Assembly: GCA_964394855.1 (NCBI GenBank)
Contig: CAYMZD010000002.1
Location: 131,964-195,963, forward strand
Direction of reading: 5' to 3'
DNA length: 64,000 nucleotides
Source of the DNA: an uncultured Gammaproteobacteria bacterium
Lineage (GTDB): Bacteria; Patescibacteriota; Microgenomatia; Daviesbacterales; UBA10151
Positions 38,210 to 48,006 of this stretch are shown in pieces. Under the pieces are notes generated by a model, which searched no databases, was not told the DNA's origin, and saw only the letters and a list, made by a program, of their open reading frames with translations. Both the position numbers and the translations under genes were made by a program. Position 1 is the first letter of the stretch, and the number at the start of each line of letters is the position of its first letter.

Positions 38210-39394
38210 ATGAATAATATTAAGGAAGTTTTTGAAAATTTAACTGATTTACAAAAAATTTTGGTAACTTTAATTTTGATATTGGTGTTATATGGTGCCT
38301 CCGCCACTGTTTCTTACTCCATATTTAGCCGTGTTAATATTTCCGGCGGTCCTATCAGTTTAGTCACCTCTTTACCTGGTCCATCAAATATAGTAGAGGA
38401 AGATCCCAACGAACCAAAAACTGAAAGTTGTCCCCTAGATGGTAGTAAACATACCCAAAAGGCTTTCCAGTCTTGGGAAAAAAGACGCCCCTTGGCAGTG
38501 ATGATTGAAAACCACTCGGAAGCAAGGCCACAATCCGGGCTATCCTCTGCCAATATTGTTTATGAGGCAGTAGCCGAAGGAGGTATTACTCGCTTTATGG
38601 CTATTTTTTATTGTAATTTAGCTGATGTTCAGGTAGGGCCAGTGCGCTCTGCCAGGACATACTATTTAGATTGGCTGGGTGAATATGACGCTCTTTATGC
38701 TCATGTGGGCGGGGCCAATACTCCGGGGCCAGCTGATGCCCTCTCGCAAATTATAAAATATGGAGTTAAGGATTTAAACCAATTTAGTATTGGCTTTCCA
38801 GTTTTTTGGAGAGATTATCAAAGATTGGGTCATCCTGTGGCCACTGAACACACCATGTACTCGACCACTCAAAAATTGTGGGAGATAGGAGCTAAAAGAG
38901 GTTGGACCAACCAAGATGAGGATGGTCTTTCTTGGCAGAAAAATTTTACTCCCTGGAAGTTTAAAGATTCCACGTCAACTGCCCCAGGCCAGGCCACCAG
39001 CATTACAGTTAATTTCTGGGAAAGCCAATCAGCTTATAAAGTGGAATGGGTTTTTGATGTAGATAATGGTTCATATAAAAGAAAAAATGGAGGAGTCCCT
39101 CAGATGGACTTCAATAATAATCAGCAGCTGATGGCTAAAAATATTATCATCCAATTTGAGAGAGAATCCCATGCTAATGATGGTTACGAAAATAATGTTC
39201 ACCTTCTTTATGGAACAACGGGTAGCGGCCGTGCTTTAATATTCCAAGATGGGAAGGTAGTGGAAGGTAAATGGATAAAAAATTCCAGAACTGCCAGAAG
39301 TAAATATGTTGATGATAAGGGTAAAGAAATAGAATTTAGTAGAGGTTCAATTTGGATTCAGACTGTCCCGGAAGGATCAAAGGTTGCATACTAG
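38210..39394 (+). CDS. DUF3048-family exported protein
   Basis: RPLAVMIEN...ARPQSGL, AEGGITRF, GPVRSAR motifs. Confidence 0.9.
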   Translation: MNNIKEVFENLTDLQKILVTLILILVLYGASATVSYSIFSRVNISGGPISLVTSLPGPSNIVEEDPNEPKTESCPLDGSKHTQKAFQSWEKRRPLAVMIENHSEARPQSGLSSANIVYEAVAEGGITRFMAIFYCNLADVQVGPVRSARTYYLDWLGEYDALYAHVGGANTPGPADALSQIIKYGVKDLNQFSIGFPVFWRDYQRLGHPVATEHTMYSTTQKLWEIGAKRGWTNQDEDGLSWQKNFTPWKFKDSTSTAPGQATSITVNFWESQSAYKVEWVFDVDNGSYKRKNGGVPQMDFNNNQQLMAKNIIIQFERESHANDGYENNVHLLYGTTGSGRALIFQDGKVVEGKWIKNSRTARSKYVDDKGKEIEFSRGSIWIQTVPEGSKVAY

Positions 39395-39427
39395 CTAATC
39401 TTAGCTGTCCAGAAAGGTGGTGAATAA

Positions 39428-40012
39428 ATGGAAGAGCTAATTGTTTCCCGCGTCCGGGTAAAAATACTACAACTTTTCCTTTCTCAACTAGAAAGTTTAT
39501 TTCATGTCCGTGAAATTGTCCGCCGCACAGAAGAAGAAATTAATGCGGTCAGGCGTGAGCTTGCTCGGATGGAAAAGTTTGGTATGGTAGTATCTGAATG
39601 GCGAGCTAACAGAAGATTATATCGTTTTCGAAAAGATTACCTTTTTTTTAGAGAACTTTTGGCAATGGTGGCTAAAACCACTGGACTGGGCGGAGCTATT
39701 GTGAAACATAGAGCAAAGTTGGGCAAAATAAGATTTGCCTTTTTATCTACCAGGTATCTTTATTCCAAGCAGTCTGGATCAGAAGATGTTGATCTGCTTT
39801 TGGTAGGACAGATAGTTTTACCGGAATTGCAAGCCATAGTCAATAATGAGCAAGTTAAAAGAGAGTTAGAGATTAACTATTCTCCTATGCCGGAAGAAGA
39901 ATTTCGCTTTAGAGTGAAGCGGCGCGATCCCTTTATTTTAAGAGTACTGATTCAACCAAAAGTGATGCTAATTGGTGAAGAAGCAGATTTGTTAGAAGGT
40001 GTCATAGCTTAA
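39428..40012 (+). CDS. Winged-HTH plus degenerate nucleotidyltransferase-like protein
   Basis: SRVRVKIL..F..HVREI.R..EEINAVRREL wHTH; DVDLLLVG. Confidence 0.7.
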   Translation: MEELIVSRVRVKILQLFLSQLESLFHVREIVRRTEEEINAVRRELARMEKFGMVVSEWRANRRLYRFRKDYLFFRELLAMVAKTTGLGGAIVKHRAKLGKIRFAFLSTRYLYSKQSGSEDVDLLLVGQIVLPELQAIVNNEQVKRELEINYSPMPEEEFRFRVKRRDPFILRVLIQPKVMLIGEEADLLEGVIA

Positions 40013-40063
40013 TTTTTGGACAATCCTACTTACCTTCTCGCGGATCAAAAATACTTTTAAAAG

Positions 40064-41278
40064 ATGAAATCTAAAATACTTCTATCTTTAATTTTATTAA
40101 TTACTTTGGCAGCTATTTTAGTAAATTTTTTACCCTTTTTCCCGTTGAAGCTGGGGTTAGATCTGCAAGGCGGAACACAGCTTATTTTACAGGCGCAAAT
40201 GGATAAAATAGAGGAACAAAATCGTGATAGCGCTTTGGAATCCGCCAGGCAGGTGATAGAAAAAAGAGTCAATTTATTTGGAGTGACAGAGGCAGTTGTG
40301 CAGTCTTCCAAAATAGGGGAGGAACGAAGAATCTTGGTGGAACTACCTGGTTTAAAAGAGCCTGAAGCCGCTGCCAATTTAGTTGGGAAAACCGCCCAGC
40401 TCGATTTCAGAGAACTTCCGGCTACGGGTGAGGCTAAACCAACTGGTTTAACAGGAGCTGATCTTAAAAAAGCCCAAGTTAGTTTTGGTGGAGGAGGTAA
40501 TGTAAAAAGTGGGCCAGAAGTTGCAATTGAGTTTACAGATGAGGGAGCTAAAAAATTTGCGGAGCTTACCAAAAGAAATATCAATAAACCTCTGGCTATC
40601 TTTTTAGACAACCAATTAATTTCTGCCCCAATTGTACAACAAGAAATTGTCGGTGGCAGTGCTGTTATCACCGGTCAGTTTAGTGTGGAAGAAGCTAAAA
40701 ATTTAAGCATCCAGCTTAATGCCGGAGCCTTGCCAGTGCCAATTAAAGTCTTAGAAGAAAGACGGGTTGGTCCCACACTGGGCCAAGAATCAGTCAATAA
40801 AAGTTTGGTGGCAGGGATTATTGGACTTTTGGCAGTCGTAATTTACATGGGTTTATATTATGGTTGGTGGGGATTGTTGGCTGATACATCTTTGCTTATT
40901 TATACCTTTTTAGTACTGGCCATTTTTAAGACTGGAGGTTTTATTTTGCCGCCGATCACTTTAACCTTGGCTGGAGTGGCCGGATTTATTCTTTCAATCG
41001 GTATGGCAGTGGATGCTAATATCTTAATTTTTGAAAGAATGAAAGAAGAAAGACGATGGGGTAAGTCAAAACAATTAGCCCAAGAATTGGGATTTAATAG
41101 AGCTTGGACATCCATCTGGGCATCTAATGTTTCCTCCTTAATAACTGCTATAATTCTTTATGCATTTGGGACATCTTTAGTAAGGGGGTTTGCCATAACT
41201 TTGAGCATAGGAGTTTTGATTTCCATGTTTACAGCAGTGGTGGTAACCAGGACACTTTTGAGATTAATCATAAAATGA
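40064..41278 (+). CDS. secD: Protein translocase subunit SecD
   Basis: LGLDLQGG, LNAGALP, GMAVDANILIFER. Confidence 0.97.
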   Translation: MKSKILLSLILLITLAAILVNFLPFFPLKLGLDLQGGTQLILQAQMDKIEEQNRDSALESARQVIEKRVNLFGVTEAVVQSSKIGEERRILVELPGLKEPEAAANLVGKTAQLDFRELPATGEAKPTGLTGADLKKAQVSFGGGGNVKSGPEVAIEFTDEGAKKFAELTKRNINKPLAIFLDNQLISAPIVQQEIVGGSAVITGQFSVEEAKNLSIQLNAGALPVPIKVLEERRVGPTLGQESVNKSLVAGIIGLLAVVIYMGLYYGWWGLLADTSLLIYTFLVLAIFKTGGFILPPITLTLAGVAGFILSIGMAVDANILIFERMKEERRWGKSKQLAQELGFNRAWTSIWASNVSSLITAIILYAFGTSLVRGFAITLSIGVLISMFTAVVVTRTLLRLIIK

Positions 41279-41279
41279 T

Positions 41280-42161
41280 ATGACAAAAAAGTTTAATACA
41301 AAAAAACCACACTTCGAATATTTAAGGAAGAGATGGACCCAAAAACACCGTCAGTTGCAAAATGAACTTTGGGAAAAACATAAAGATGTTGGTAGACAAC
41401 TGGCTATTAGTGGAATTGGAGGATTAATGCTTTTGACTACCCCGGCAGCAGCAGCCTTGCCAACTACCCATCTTTTGGCTGGTGGAGGACAAATTGTCCG
41501 GGATACAGATAAAAATGTTTTATTGGCAGCAAAGCTAAGTAGTATAGTTCCCAATGAGATGAGGAGTTTAAATGCTGAAGAAGAAAAAGAAATTGCCAAA
41601 ATTTTATCAAATAGTTTTGGCTTTCCAATTATGCCAGAACTACAAGGAAAAAGATTAAACAGGACTTATGGTTTAATTGGTGGGGAACAACACTTATATC
41701 GTTACCCTGGGGATAATTTATATAAACATGCAGATACAGCTGTAGATGCAGCCATGTATGGACCGGCTGGTATTGCTCCTGGTTTGGGAGCATGGGGTCA
41801 CTTTGCCCCCAGCGAAGCAGAGTTTAGTGAAAAAAATAAGTTACAAGAGAGATATTATTTGGCAGTGCAAACTTTTTTAGCCCCGGGGTTTGCAGAAAGA
41901 GTAGGAGAATATAGAGACTTTTTTAAATTTAGAAAAATGTTGGTGGTAAATCCCAAAACTGGTCAAGCCGTGGTGGCGGTGGTGGGGGATGCAGGGCCAT
42001 CCCAATGGACAGGAAAACATTTAGGCGGTTCCCCTGAAGTAATGCATTTTTTGGGTTTGGCACAAGGGCCAAGAAAAGGAGCAGTGCTGTATTTTTTCGT
42101 TGATGATCCAGATGACAAAGTTCCTTTGGGACCAGTGAAAGCACAAAACATCCAAGGATAA
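41280..42161 (+). CDS. Hypothetical membrane-anchored protein, possible RlpA/DPBB-like C-terminal domain
   Basis: Basic N-terminus, hydrophobic segment, LVVNP.TG.AVVAVVGDAGP motif. Confidence 0.6.
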   Translation: MTKKFNTKKPHFEYLRKRWTQKHRQLQNELWEKHKDVGRQLAISGIGGLMLLTTPAAAALPTTHLLAGGGQIVRDTDKNVLLAAKLSSIVPNEMRSLNAEEEKEIAKILSNSFGFPIMPELQGKRLNRTYGLIGGEQHLYRYPGDNLYKHADTAVDAAMYGPAGIAPGLGAWGHFAPSEAEFSEKNKLQERYYLAVQTFLAPGFAERVGEYRDFFKFRKMLVVNPKTGQAVVAVVGDAGPSQWTGKHLGGSPEVMHFLGLAQGPRKGAVLYFFVDDPDDKVPLGPVKAQNIQG

Positions 42162-42163
42162 AT

Positions 42164-42502
42164 ATGAATTACTTTTTTACCAAATATATTGTCATAGAAG
42201 ACATTTTAGAAAAAATGGATGAGATGGATCTTTCAGACGAAGAAAGATGGTACCTAGCTAGCTTGATTGATTCCTCCCTGCATCATGCTATTTTAAGTGA
42301 GATCTTATCCAATTTAAATGCAGATGATAAAAGACTATTTATTAAACACTTTAATAACAATCCAGGAAATGAAAAATTATTGGAATTTTTAAATGAAAGG
42401 ATTGACCACATCGAAGACAAAATTAAAAAAGTTACAGAAGATTTAAGAAAGGAAATGCATGAGGATATTAAAAAAGCCAAAAAAGTTAAGAATGCAGAAT
42501 AG
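42164..42502 (+). CDS. Hypothetical helical protein
   Basis: ORF tightly packed between neighbours. Confidence 0.7.
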   Translation: MNYFFTKYIVIEDILEKMDEMDLSDEERWYLASLIDSSLHHAILSEILSNLNADDKRLFIKHFNNNPGNEKLLEFLNERIDHIEDKIKKVTEDLRKEMHEDIKKAKKVKNAE

Positions 42503-42513
42503 ATGCTAAAAAT

Positions 42514-43398
42514 ATGGATTTGATGCGCTTTAAGCTATTATACTTTGTGTTTTCTCTTGTCCTAATTTTGCCAGGATTATATTTTTTGATAACTGCTGGA
42601 TTAAAATTAGGGATTGATTTTACAGGAGGAGCACTACTGGAATATAAATTTGAAAAACCAGTCAATTTACAAGAATTAAAAAATATAGTCACTGAAAATG
42701 ATGTCACGGTTGGTCAGATTTTATCTGCTGGTAGTAACTCCTATATTGTTCGTACTAAACCACTTGATCAAGAGAAAATTAACTCCCTTAAAAAATCTTT
42801 AACAGAAAAATACGGCCAAGTGATTGAGCGACGGGTGGAAAATGTGGGACCGGTGATTGGTCAGGAGTTACAAAAAAAAGCTCTGCTGGCACTCTCCGCA
42901 GCATCCGTTGCGATTGTTTTATATATTGCTTTTACTTTTAGAAAAATTCCTAAACCAGCCAGTTCTTGGAGGTTTGGGGTAACTACCATTGTGGCACTGT
43001 TGCATGATGTGCTAATGGTGATTGGTGCTTTTGCCATTTTGGGAAAGTTTTTAAATGTGGAAGTTGATGCTTTATTTATCACGGCACTTTTAACAATTAT
43101 TGGTTTTTCGGTTCATGATACCATTGTAGTTTTTGATCGGATTAGGGAAAATCTTTTGAAAAATATTAACAAAAAATTTAGTGAGGTGGCCAATTTGGCA
43201 GTGGTACAAACAATGGGAAGGTCTTTAAATACTTCATTAACTGTGGTTTTTGTTTTGTTGGCCCTGCTACTTTTTGGTGGGGAAACTATCAAATGGTTTG
43301 TGGTGGCCCTTTTAATAGGAGTGATTTCCGGTACCTATTCTTCCATTTTTAATGCTACTGCTTTGCTTGTTTGGTGGGAAGAAAAACTAGGTCATTGA
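42514..43398 (+). CDS. secF: Protein translocase subunit SecF
   Basis: GIDFTGG, VGPVIG, GFSVHDTIVVFDRIRE, GTYSSIF. Confidence 0.97.
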   Translation: MDLMRFKLLYFVFSLVLILPGLYFLITAGLKLGIDFTGGALLEYKFEKPVNLQELKNIVTENDVTVGQILSAGSNSYIVRTKPLDQEKINSLKKSLTEKYGQVIERRVENVGPVIGQELQKKALLALSAASVAIVLYIAFTFRKIPKPASSWRFGVTTIVALLHDVLMVIGAFAILGKFLNVEVDALFITALLTIIGFSVHDTIVVFDRIRENLLKNINKKFSEVANLAVVQTMGRSLNTSLTVVFVLLALLLFGGETIKWFVVALLIGVISGTYSSIFNATALLVWWEEKLGH

Positions 43399-44772
43399 GA
43401 TTGCTTTGATTCTTCTTAAAAGATAATCTCTAGTATTTTTAGAAGAATCCTCCAAGACTTCTTCAAAGAGTTTTTGTAAGATTTCACCAACTTTGGGGCC
43501 TTCCTTAATTCCCAAAACTTTCATTACCTCATGGCCGCTGACTTTTAAATCAGAGATGGAAAAGGGTTTTTGCATGACTTGATGAATACGCTCGCGGAAT
43601 TTTTCCATTCTCCAAGAAACAGCCTTCTGGGTTCCTCCTCCCAGTCGATCCCCAATACGAAGATCCATCATATCATCAATATTTTCTACCCCGATATTTT
43701 TGATGAAGCGGCGGATAGCAGCATCGGTTTGTCGCTCGTCAACAGTAAATAAATGCCATCTGACTAATTTAAAAAGTTTATCAGTCTGTTTTTTAGACAA
43801 ATTAAATCTTTTAGCAAGCGCCAAAACTAGTCTTCCGCCAACTACGTCATGATTATAAAAAGTGACATTACCATCAGGGGTAATTTTGTGGGTATCTGGT
43901 TTGCCAATATCATGAAGTAGGGCTGCCAGCCTTACCAAAGGGTCTTTTGACGGACAGTGTTTAAGTGTTAATAGGGAGTGTTCTCCAATATCATAAACTC
44001 TGTCATGTTTTGGTCCTTCCTGCACAATTCCAAAACATCTCTCGAGCTCTGGTAGAATAATTTCCGCTATCCCCAACTCCCTTAATCTCATTGTACCTAT
44101 GTATGGATTCGTGGATGCAAGAAGTTTAAATAATTCATCACGCACCCTTTCATGGGAAACTTGCTTAATAAGCTGAATATTTTTTCTAATAGCCTCAAAT
44201 GTATCATTTTCTATATCAAATTTAAGTTCTGTGGCAATTCTAGCAGCTCTTATTAAGCGAAGAGCATCTTCATTGAACCGATCATTGGGATTACCCACTG
44301 TACGGATTATTTTTTTTCTGATATCATCTTGCCCATTGAATGGGTCGAAGACTTTTGGAGGGCTTAGGGCTATAGCATTAATAGTAAAATCACGTCTTGC
44401 CAAATCCTCCTCAATTCTATTAGTCCAAGCAATTTTCCCAGGATGGCGGAAATCTTCATAGGCCCCCTCTTTGCGCATGGTGGTAATTTCATACACATTC
44501 ATGTTTATAGCAGACACCTGGAAGGTGGGCTTTGACTCCTTCCAGGTGGTTTTAACAGGAATTCCAACAGTGCCAAATTTATTATCGTAAAATCCTTCAG
44601 GAAAAATTTTTAGGATTTCTTCCGGTTTAGCATCAGTGGTAAAATCCCAATCGGAAACTGCTCTTTTCATCAAAAGATCGCGTACTGCCCCACCGACAAT
44701 GTAAATTTGAAATCCGGCTTTTTGGAATTTATCTAATATATTTTTTACATCATGCGGTAGTGTATAATTCAT
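43387..44772 (-). CDS. cca: CCA tRNA nucleotidyltransferase with HD domain
   Basis: VGGAVRD, DWDFTT, DLARRDFTINA, EDALR, LLHDIGKP; likely ATG at 44772. Confidence 0.92.
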   Translation of the reverse strand: MNYTLPHDVKNILDKFQKAGFQIYIVGGAVRDLLMKRAVSDWDFTTDAKPEEILKIFPEGFYDNKFGTVGIPVKTTWKESKPTFQVSAINMNVYEITTMRKEGAYEDFRHPGKIAWTNRIEEDLARRDFTINAIALSPPKVFDPFNGQDDIRKKIIRTVGNPNDRFNEDALRLIRAARIATELKFDIENDTFEAIRKNIQLIKQVSHERVRDELFKLLASTNPYIGTMRLRELGIAEIILPELERCFGIVQEGPKHDRVYDIGEHSLLTLKHCPSKDPLVRLAALLHDIGKPDTHKITPDGNVTFYNHDVVGGRLVLALAKRFNLSKKQTDKLFKLVRWHLFTVDERQTDAAIRRFIKNIGVENIDDMMDLRIGDRLGGGTQKAVSWRMEKFRERIHQVMQKPFSISDLKVSGHEVMKVLGIKEGPKVGEILQKLFEEVLEDSSKNTRDYLLRRIKAISMT

Positions 44773-44796
44773 GATGTAATTGTACCTCCAAGCCAT

Positions 44797-46365
44797 ATGA
44801 AATGGAAAGTATTGCCCAAAAAATCTAATGATTTGATTAAACAACTGCTTATTAATAGGAGGATAAAAACCAAGGAAGAATTTGAAAAATTCTTTAATCC
44901 TAATTTAGGAGATTATCAAAAAGATTTGTCAATTCCCGGGATTTCCAAAGCCACAGAGCGAATAAAAAAAGCCATTAAAACGCAAGAGTTAATTATAGCC
45001 TATGGAGATTTCGATGTTGATGGGATTGCTGGGGCAGCTATTTTATATTTAGGGCTTACTAAAATGGGGGCTAAAGTCTTGCCTTACATCCCTCATCGGG
45101 AAAAAGAAGGTTATGGTTTATCTTTTGTGGGTTTGGATTTTGCCAGAGATGCCGGTGCTTCTATAGTGGTGACAACAGATACCGGCATTGTGGCTTTTAG
45201 GGAGGCCAAATATGCCAAAAGTTTAGGACTAGATTTAATTATTACTGATCACCATGAGCCCCAAGGGGTAAAAAGGCCTGATGCTTTTGCCATTGTCCAC
45301 TCGCTTACTCTTTGTGGGGCTGCAGTAGCTTGGACGCTAGTAAAAGATGAAGAACTTCTGGATTTAGTGGCCATTGCCACAGTAGCAGATATGATGCCTC
45401 TTTTAGGAGTAAATCGGGTTTTGGTAAAAAAGGGTTTAGCAAAGTTAAATTTAACCAAAAGAATTGGGTTATTGGCTCTTTTTCATGAGGCAGGAATATC
45501 TTTGGGGAAAATTGGTGCATATGAAATTGGCCATATTATTGCCCCACGTTTAAATGCCATGGGAAGATTGGAACATGCTATAGATTCCTTAAGACTTCTT
45601 TGTACTAAAGATGTAAATAAAGCCAGAAGACTGGCCAGTTTGGTAGGGGAAACAAACACAAAACGCCAACTCCTAACTCAAGAAGCTGTCAATGAGGCCA
45701 AACTGCAAATAGATGGCAAGGAAAAAATTCATATTTTGACATCAGCTGCTTGGTCTCCAGGCATAATTGGTTTGGTGGCAGCCAGAGTTTGTGAGGAAAC
45801 GGGAAAACCAGCCATTGCTATTTCTCTGGGGCAGGAAGAGTCAAGAGGTTCTGCTCGCTCCAATGGTACAGTTAATGTGGTGGAGGTTATCCGAAGTTGT
45901 TCTGATATTTTAGTGGCAGTAGGAGGACATTTTGGTGCGGCTGGATTTACCATTGCCACAAAATATTTAAAAGTATTCCAAAAAAGATTGGAAAGCATGG
46001 ATTTACCAATAGATCAAGAGGAAAGAATTTTGGAAATAGAAGCTGAAATGCCTGTCAAAGAATTAACTTTGGAACTGGCCAAAAACTTAGAGGATTTTGA
46101 ACCTTTTGGAATAGGCAATCAAAAACCTATTTTGGCCACATCTAATATGCAGATTTCAGATTTAAGAACAGTTGGTGATAATAAACATCTGAAAGGTAAA
46201 GCAGATGGAATAGATTTCATTGCCTTTGGTATGGGGGAGCTCATAAATCAGTTGGTTTACCCTGAGCGAAGTCAAAGGGTTAACATGGCTTATACTTTGG
46301 AAATAGATAAGTGGGACGGTAGGGAAAAACTGCAGCTTAAGGTTAAGGATATAAAACTTAATTAA
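44797..46365 (+). CDS. recJ: ssDNA exonuclease RecJ
   Basis: YGDFDVDG, ITDHH, APRLNAMGRL, RGSARS, GGH..AAG. Confidence 0.96.
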   Translation: MKWKVLPKKSNDLIKQLLINRRIKTKEEFEKFFNPNLGDYQKDLSIPGISKATERIKKAIKTQELIIAYGDFDVDGIAGAAILYLGLTKMGAKVLPYIPHREKEGYGLSFVGLDFARDAGASIVVTTDTGIVAFREAKYAKSLGLDLIITDHHEPQGVKRPDAFAIVHSLTLCGAAVAWTLVKDEELLDLVAIATVADMMPLLGVNRVLVKKGLAKLNLTKRIGLLALFHEAGISLGKIGAYEIGHIIAPRLNAMGRLEHAIDSLRLLCTKDVNKARRLASLVGETNTKRQLLTQEAVNEAKLQIDGKEKIHILTSAAWSPGIIGLVAARVCEETGKPAIAISLGQEESRGSARSNGTVNVVEVIRSCSDILVAVGGHFGAAGFTIATKYLKVFQKRLESMDLPIDQEERILEIEAEMPVKELTLELAKNLEDFEPFGIGNQKPILATSNMQISDLRTVGDNKHLKGKADGIDFIAFGMGELINQLVYPERSQRVNMAYTLEIDKWDGREKLQLKVKDIKLN

Positions 46366-46591
46366 AAGGATCCCATCTGAAACGCTTCACCACTCGTTCC
46401 ATGGTCGCGAAGTCTCCAGAAACTATAGCATCCTCCAATAATTGAACTATATCTGGTTGGCCAACCCCACTACCATTTGCTCGACTCTTTCGAACCTCGG
46501 CATCAAAGTTGTAGCTTATTTTTGGTGGCGGCTCTTGAGAGTTAGCGACATCTCCCATTACACCACCTCCTTCTTTTTCACAATCTGCCAT
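46358..46591 (-). CDS. Small hypothetical protein downstream of the attenuator
   Basis: Strong RBS AAAGGGGGTG; second AAGGAGGTG/ATG at 46558 may be the true or an alternative start. Confidence 0.65.
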   Translation of the reverse strand: MADCEKEGGGVMGDVANSQEPPPKISYNFDAEVRKSRANGSGVGQPDIVQLLEDAIVSGDFATMERVVKRFRWDPFN

Positions 46592-46615
46592 AATTTACAC
46601 CCCCTTTCAAGTATT

Positions 46616-46835
46616 AAAAAACCTCCCCTTGTGGGAGGTCTAAGTCCTTTCTTTTTTAGATAAAAATTTACCTAAAAAGACCTCCCAAAAAAGTGGTCAA
46701 GATGACCACCAAAAGGAGGCCAAGCAAAATTTCAATTCTTCTTAAATCCAAACTTTCAACTTTTGACATGTAAAAAGCAAAGCTTAAATAAACTTTGCTA
46801 TTTTTATTTTAGCATTGCTTCTAACCTTTTGTCAA
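46616..46835 (-). promoter_or_regulatory. Promoter plus leader-peptide transcription attenuator
   Basis: TTGACA(46835)-N18-TAAAAT with extended -10 TG; mutually exclusive segments GGCCTCC / GGGAGGTC / GACCTCCC / GGGAGGT + T-run. Confidence 0.7.
46668..46769 (-). CDS. Putative Leu/Ile/Val-rich leader peptide (33 aa)
   Basis: Manual translation MSKVESLDLRRIEILLGLLLVVILTTFLGGLFR; overlaps attenuator segments 1-2; no clear RBS. Confidence 0.55.
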   Translation of the reverse strand: MSKVESLDLRRIEILLGLLLVVILTTFLGGLFR

Positions 46836-47247
46836 GGATTTGTGTATGAGCTGGTAATTTGCCATTTGTTCCACCATTAACTATTCTAATCCACTTCAGA
46901 TCTCCTCTTTGCAAAGGACACTCGACTCCGCCTCCTGGTTTTGGTAAAACACCATCCTCGTGAGTACAATGTCTTAATCCTGTAGGATCCATGTAGCGAC
47001 ATCTGATTACTCGTTTATCCTCTACTTGCTCGCAGGGCTGAATTAATCCACCGTTCTCAATAACTTGTCTTGCAGCCATTACAGCTGCGATTGGTGAGTA
47101 GATCGGCTGCGTTACCAATTGTCCATAGGGAAACCGATTCCAGCATTTACCATCCCATTCAAACATGGCTGTCTCGCCACTACTTGGATTAGTAGATAAC
47201 GCTCTTTCTCCTGGTTTATAAATTAATTCAGTTTTTTCTACTGGCAT
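46804..47247 (-). CDS. Hypothetical Cys-containing protein (147 aa)
   Basis: RBS AAAGGAGG before ATG 47247; C..C..HCTH..C cluster. Confidence 0.75.
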   Translation of the reverse strand: MPVEKTELIYKPGERALSTNPSSGETAMFEWDGKCWNRFPYGQLVTQPIYSPIAAVMAARQVIENGGLIQPCEQVEDKRVIRCRYMDPTGLRHCTHEDGVLPKPGGGVECPLQRGDLKWIRIVNGGTNGKLPAHTQILDKRLEAMLK

Positions 47248-47348
47248 AATTTTTCCTCCTTTCAAAAAGAATTAAATATGTAATTTCTTTTGCGGTTGGG
47301 CGAACGATGGTAATTCAACCCAACCGTATTTAAAGTTATCCTCGTCCA

Positions 47349-47747
47349 TTATCTTCTCATCCATCGAGGATTATGGTAAGTTCTTTTAACTTCTTGATAA
47401 TACCCTCCTTCATTTGGACCACCTAAGGTTCGTGCACGTTCAACATAAACCTTATCCCAGTAGGATATCCTGATAGGACGCTCACACAGAGTAACAGCGA
47501 GAATCGGCTGTTTTCCGTCTCCACCTTTTCTAAGTTTATCGGTAGCTCCTTTTCCTTCTTGAGTTAAACCAATAACCCTTCTACCTCCAACAGCCGGGCT
47601 TTCTACCACAAGAATTTGTCTGTTTTGTCTTGCTTCTATTCCGCTGACATCTACATATAATGGGCTTCCATCTAGCATGTGATATGGTCCAGTTTCATCT
47701 GGCACATCAGCAACTAATTGACCATTTATTCTTATTTCTGGTGACAT
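47349..47747 (-). CDS. Hypothetical protein (132 aa), first gene after the T-box
   Basis: RBS AAAGGAGGTG before ATG 47747. Confidence 0.75.
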   Translation of the reverse strand: MSPEIRINGQLVADVPDETGPYHMLDGSPLYVDVSGIEARQNRQILVVESPAVGGRRVIGLTQEGKGATDKLRKGGDGKQPILAVTLCERPIRISYWDKVYVERARTLGGPNEGGYYQEVKRTYHNPRWMRR

Positions 47748-47777
47748 ATCTCTCACCTCCTTTCAAATGTTGGCATT

Positions 47778-47990
47778 AAAAAACGCCCGTATCTCCTTTC
47801 CATTTCTGAAAAAGAAATACGGGCGATCTTTCGCGGTACCACCGTACTTTTGTACTTATCCTTGCTCCATACTTCGGCTTCGCTCAGTACGACACAAGTT
47901 TGTTCTATAACGGGAACTTCCCGTGCAAGACTACTTTTAGTTCACCTTGCCGGCTCATAGGGGAATCTTTCCTAATCAATGCCTTTGAAT
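47778..47990 (-). ncRNA. T-box riboswitch with ultrashort Stem I, transcriptional type
   Basis: ACGG-TGGTACC-GCG..CGC-CCGT antiterminator, overlapping CGCCCGTAT/ATACGGGCG-T6 terminator, Stem II with GAAC/AGTA S-turn, CCCGTTATA IIA/B motif, kink-turn Stem I. Confidence 0.92.
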
Positions 47991-48006
47991 ATTCAGTTGT
48001 AAATAA

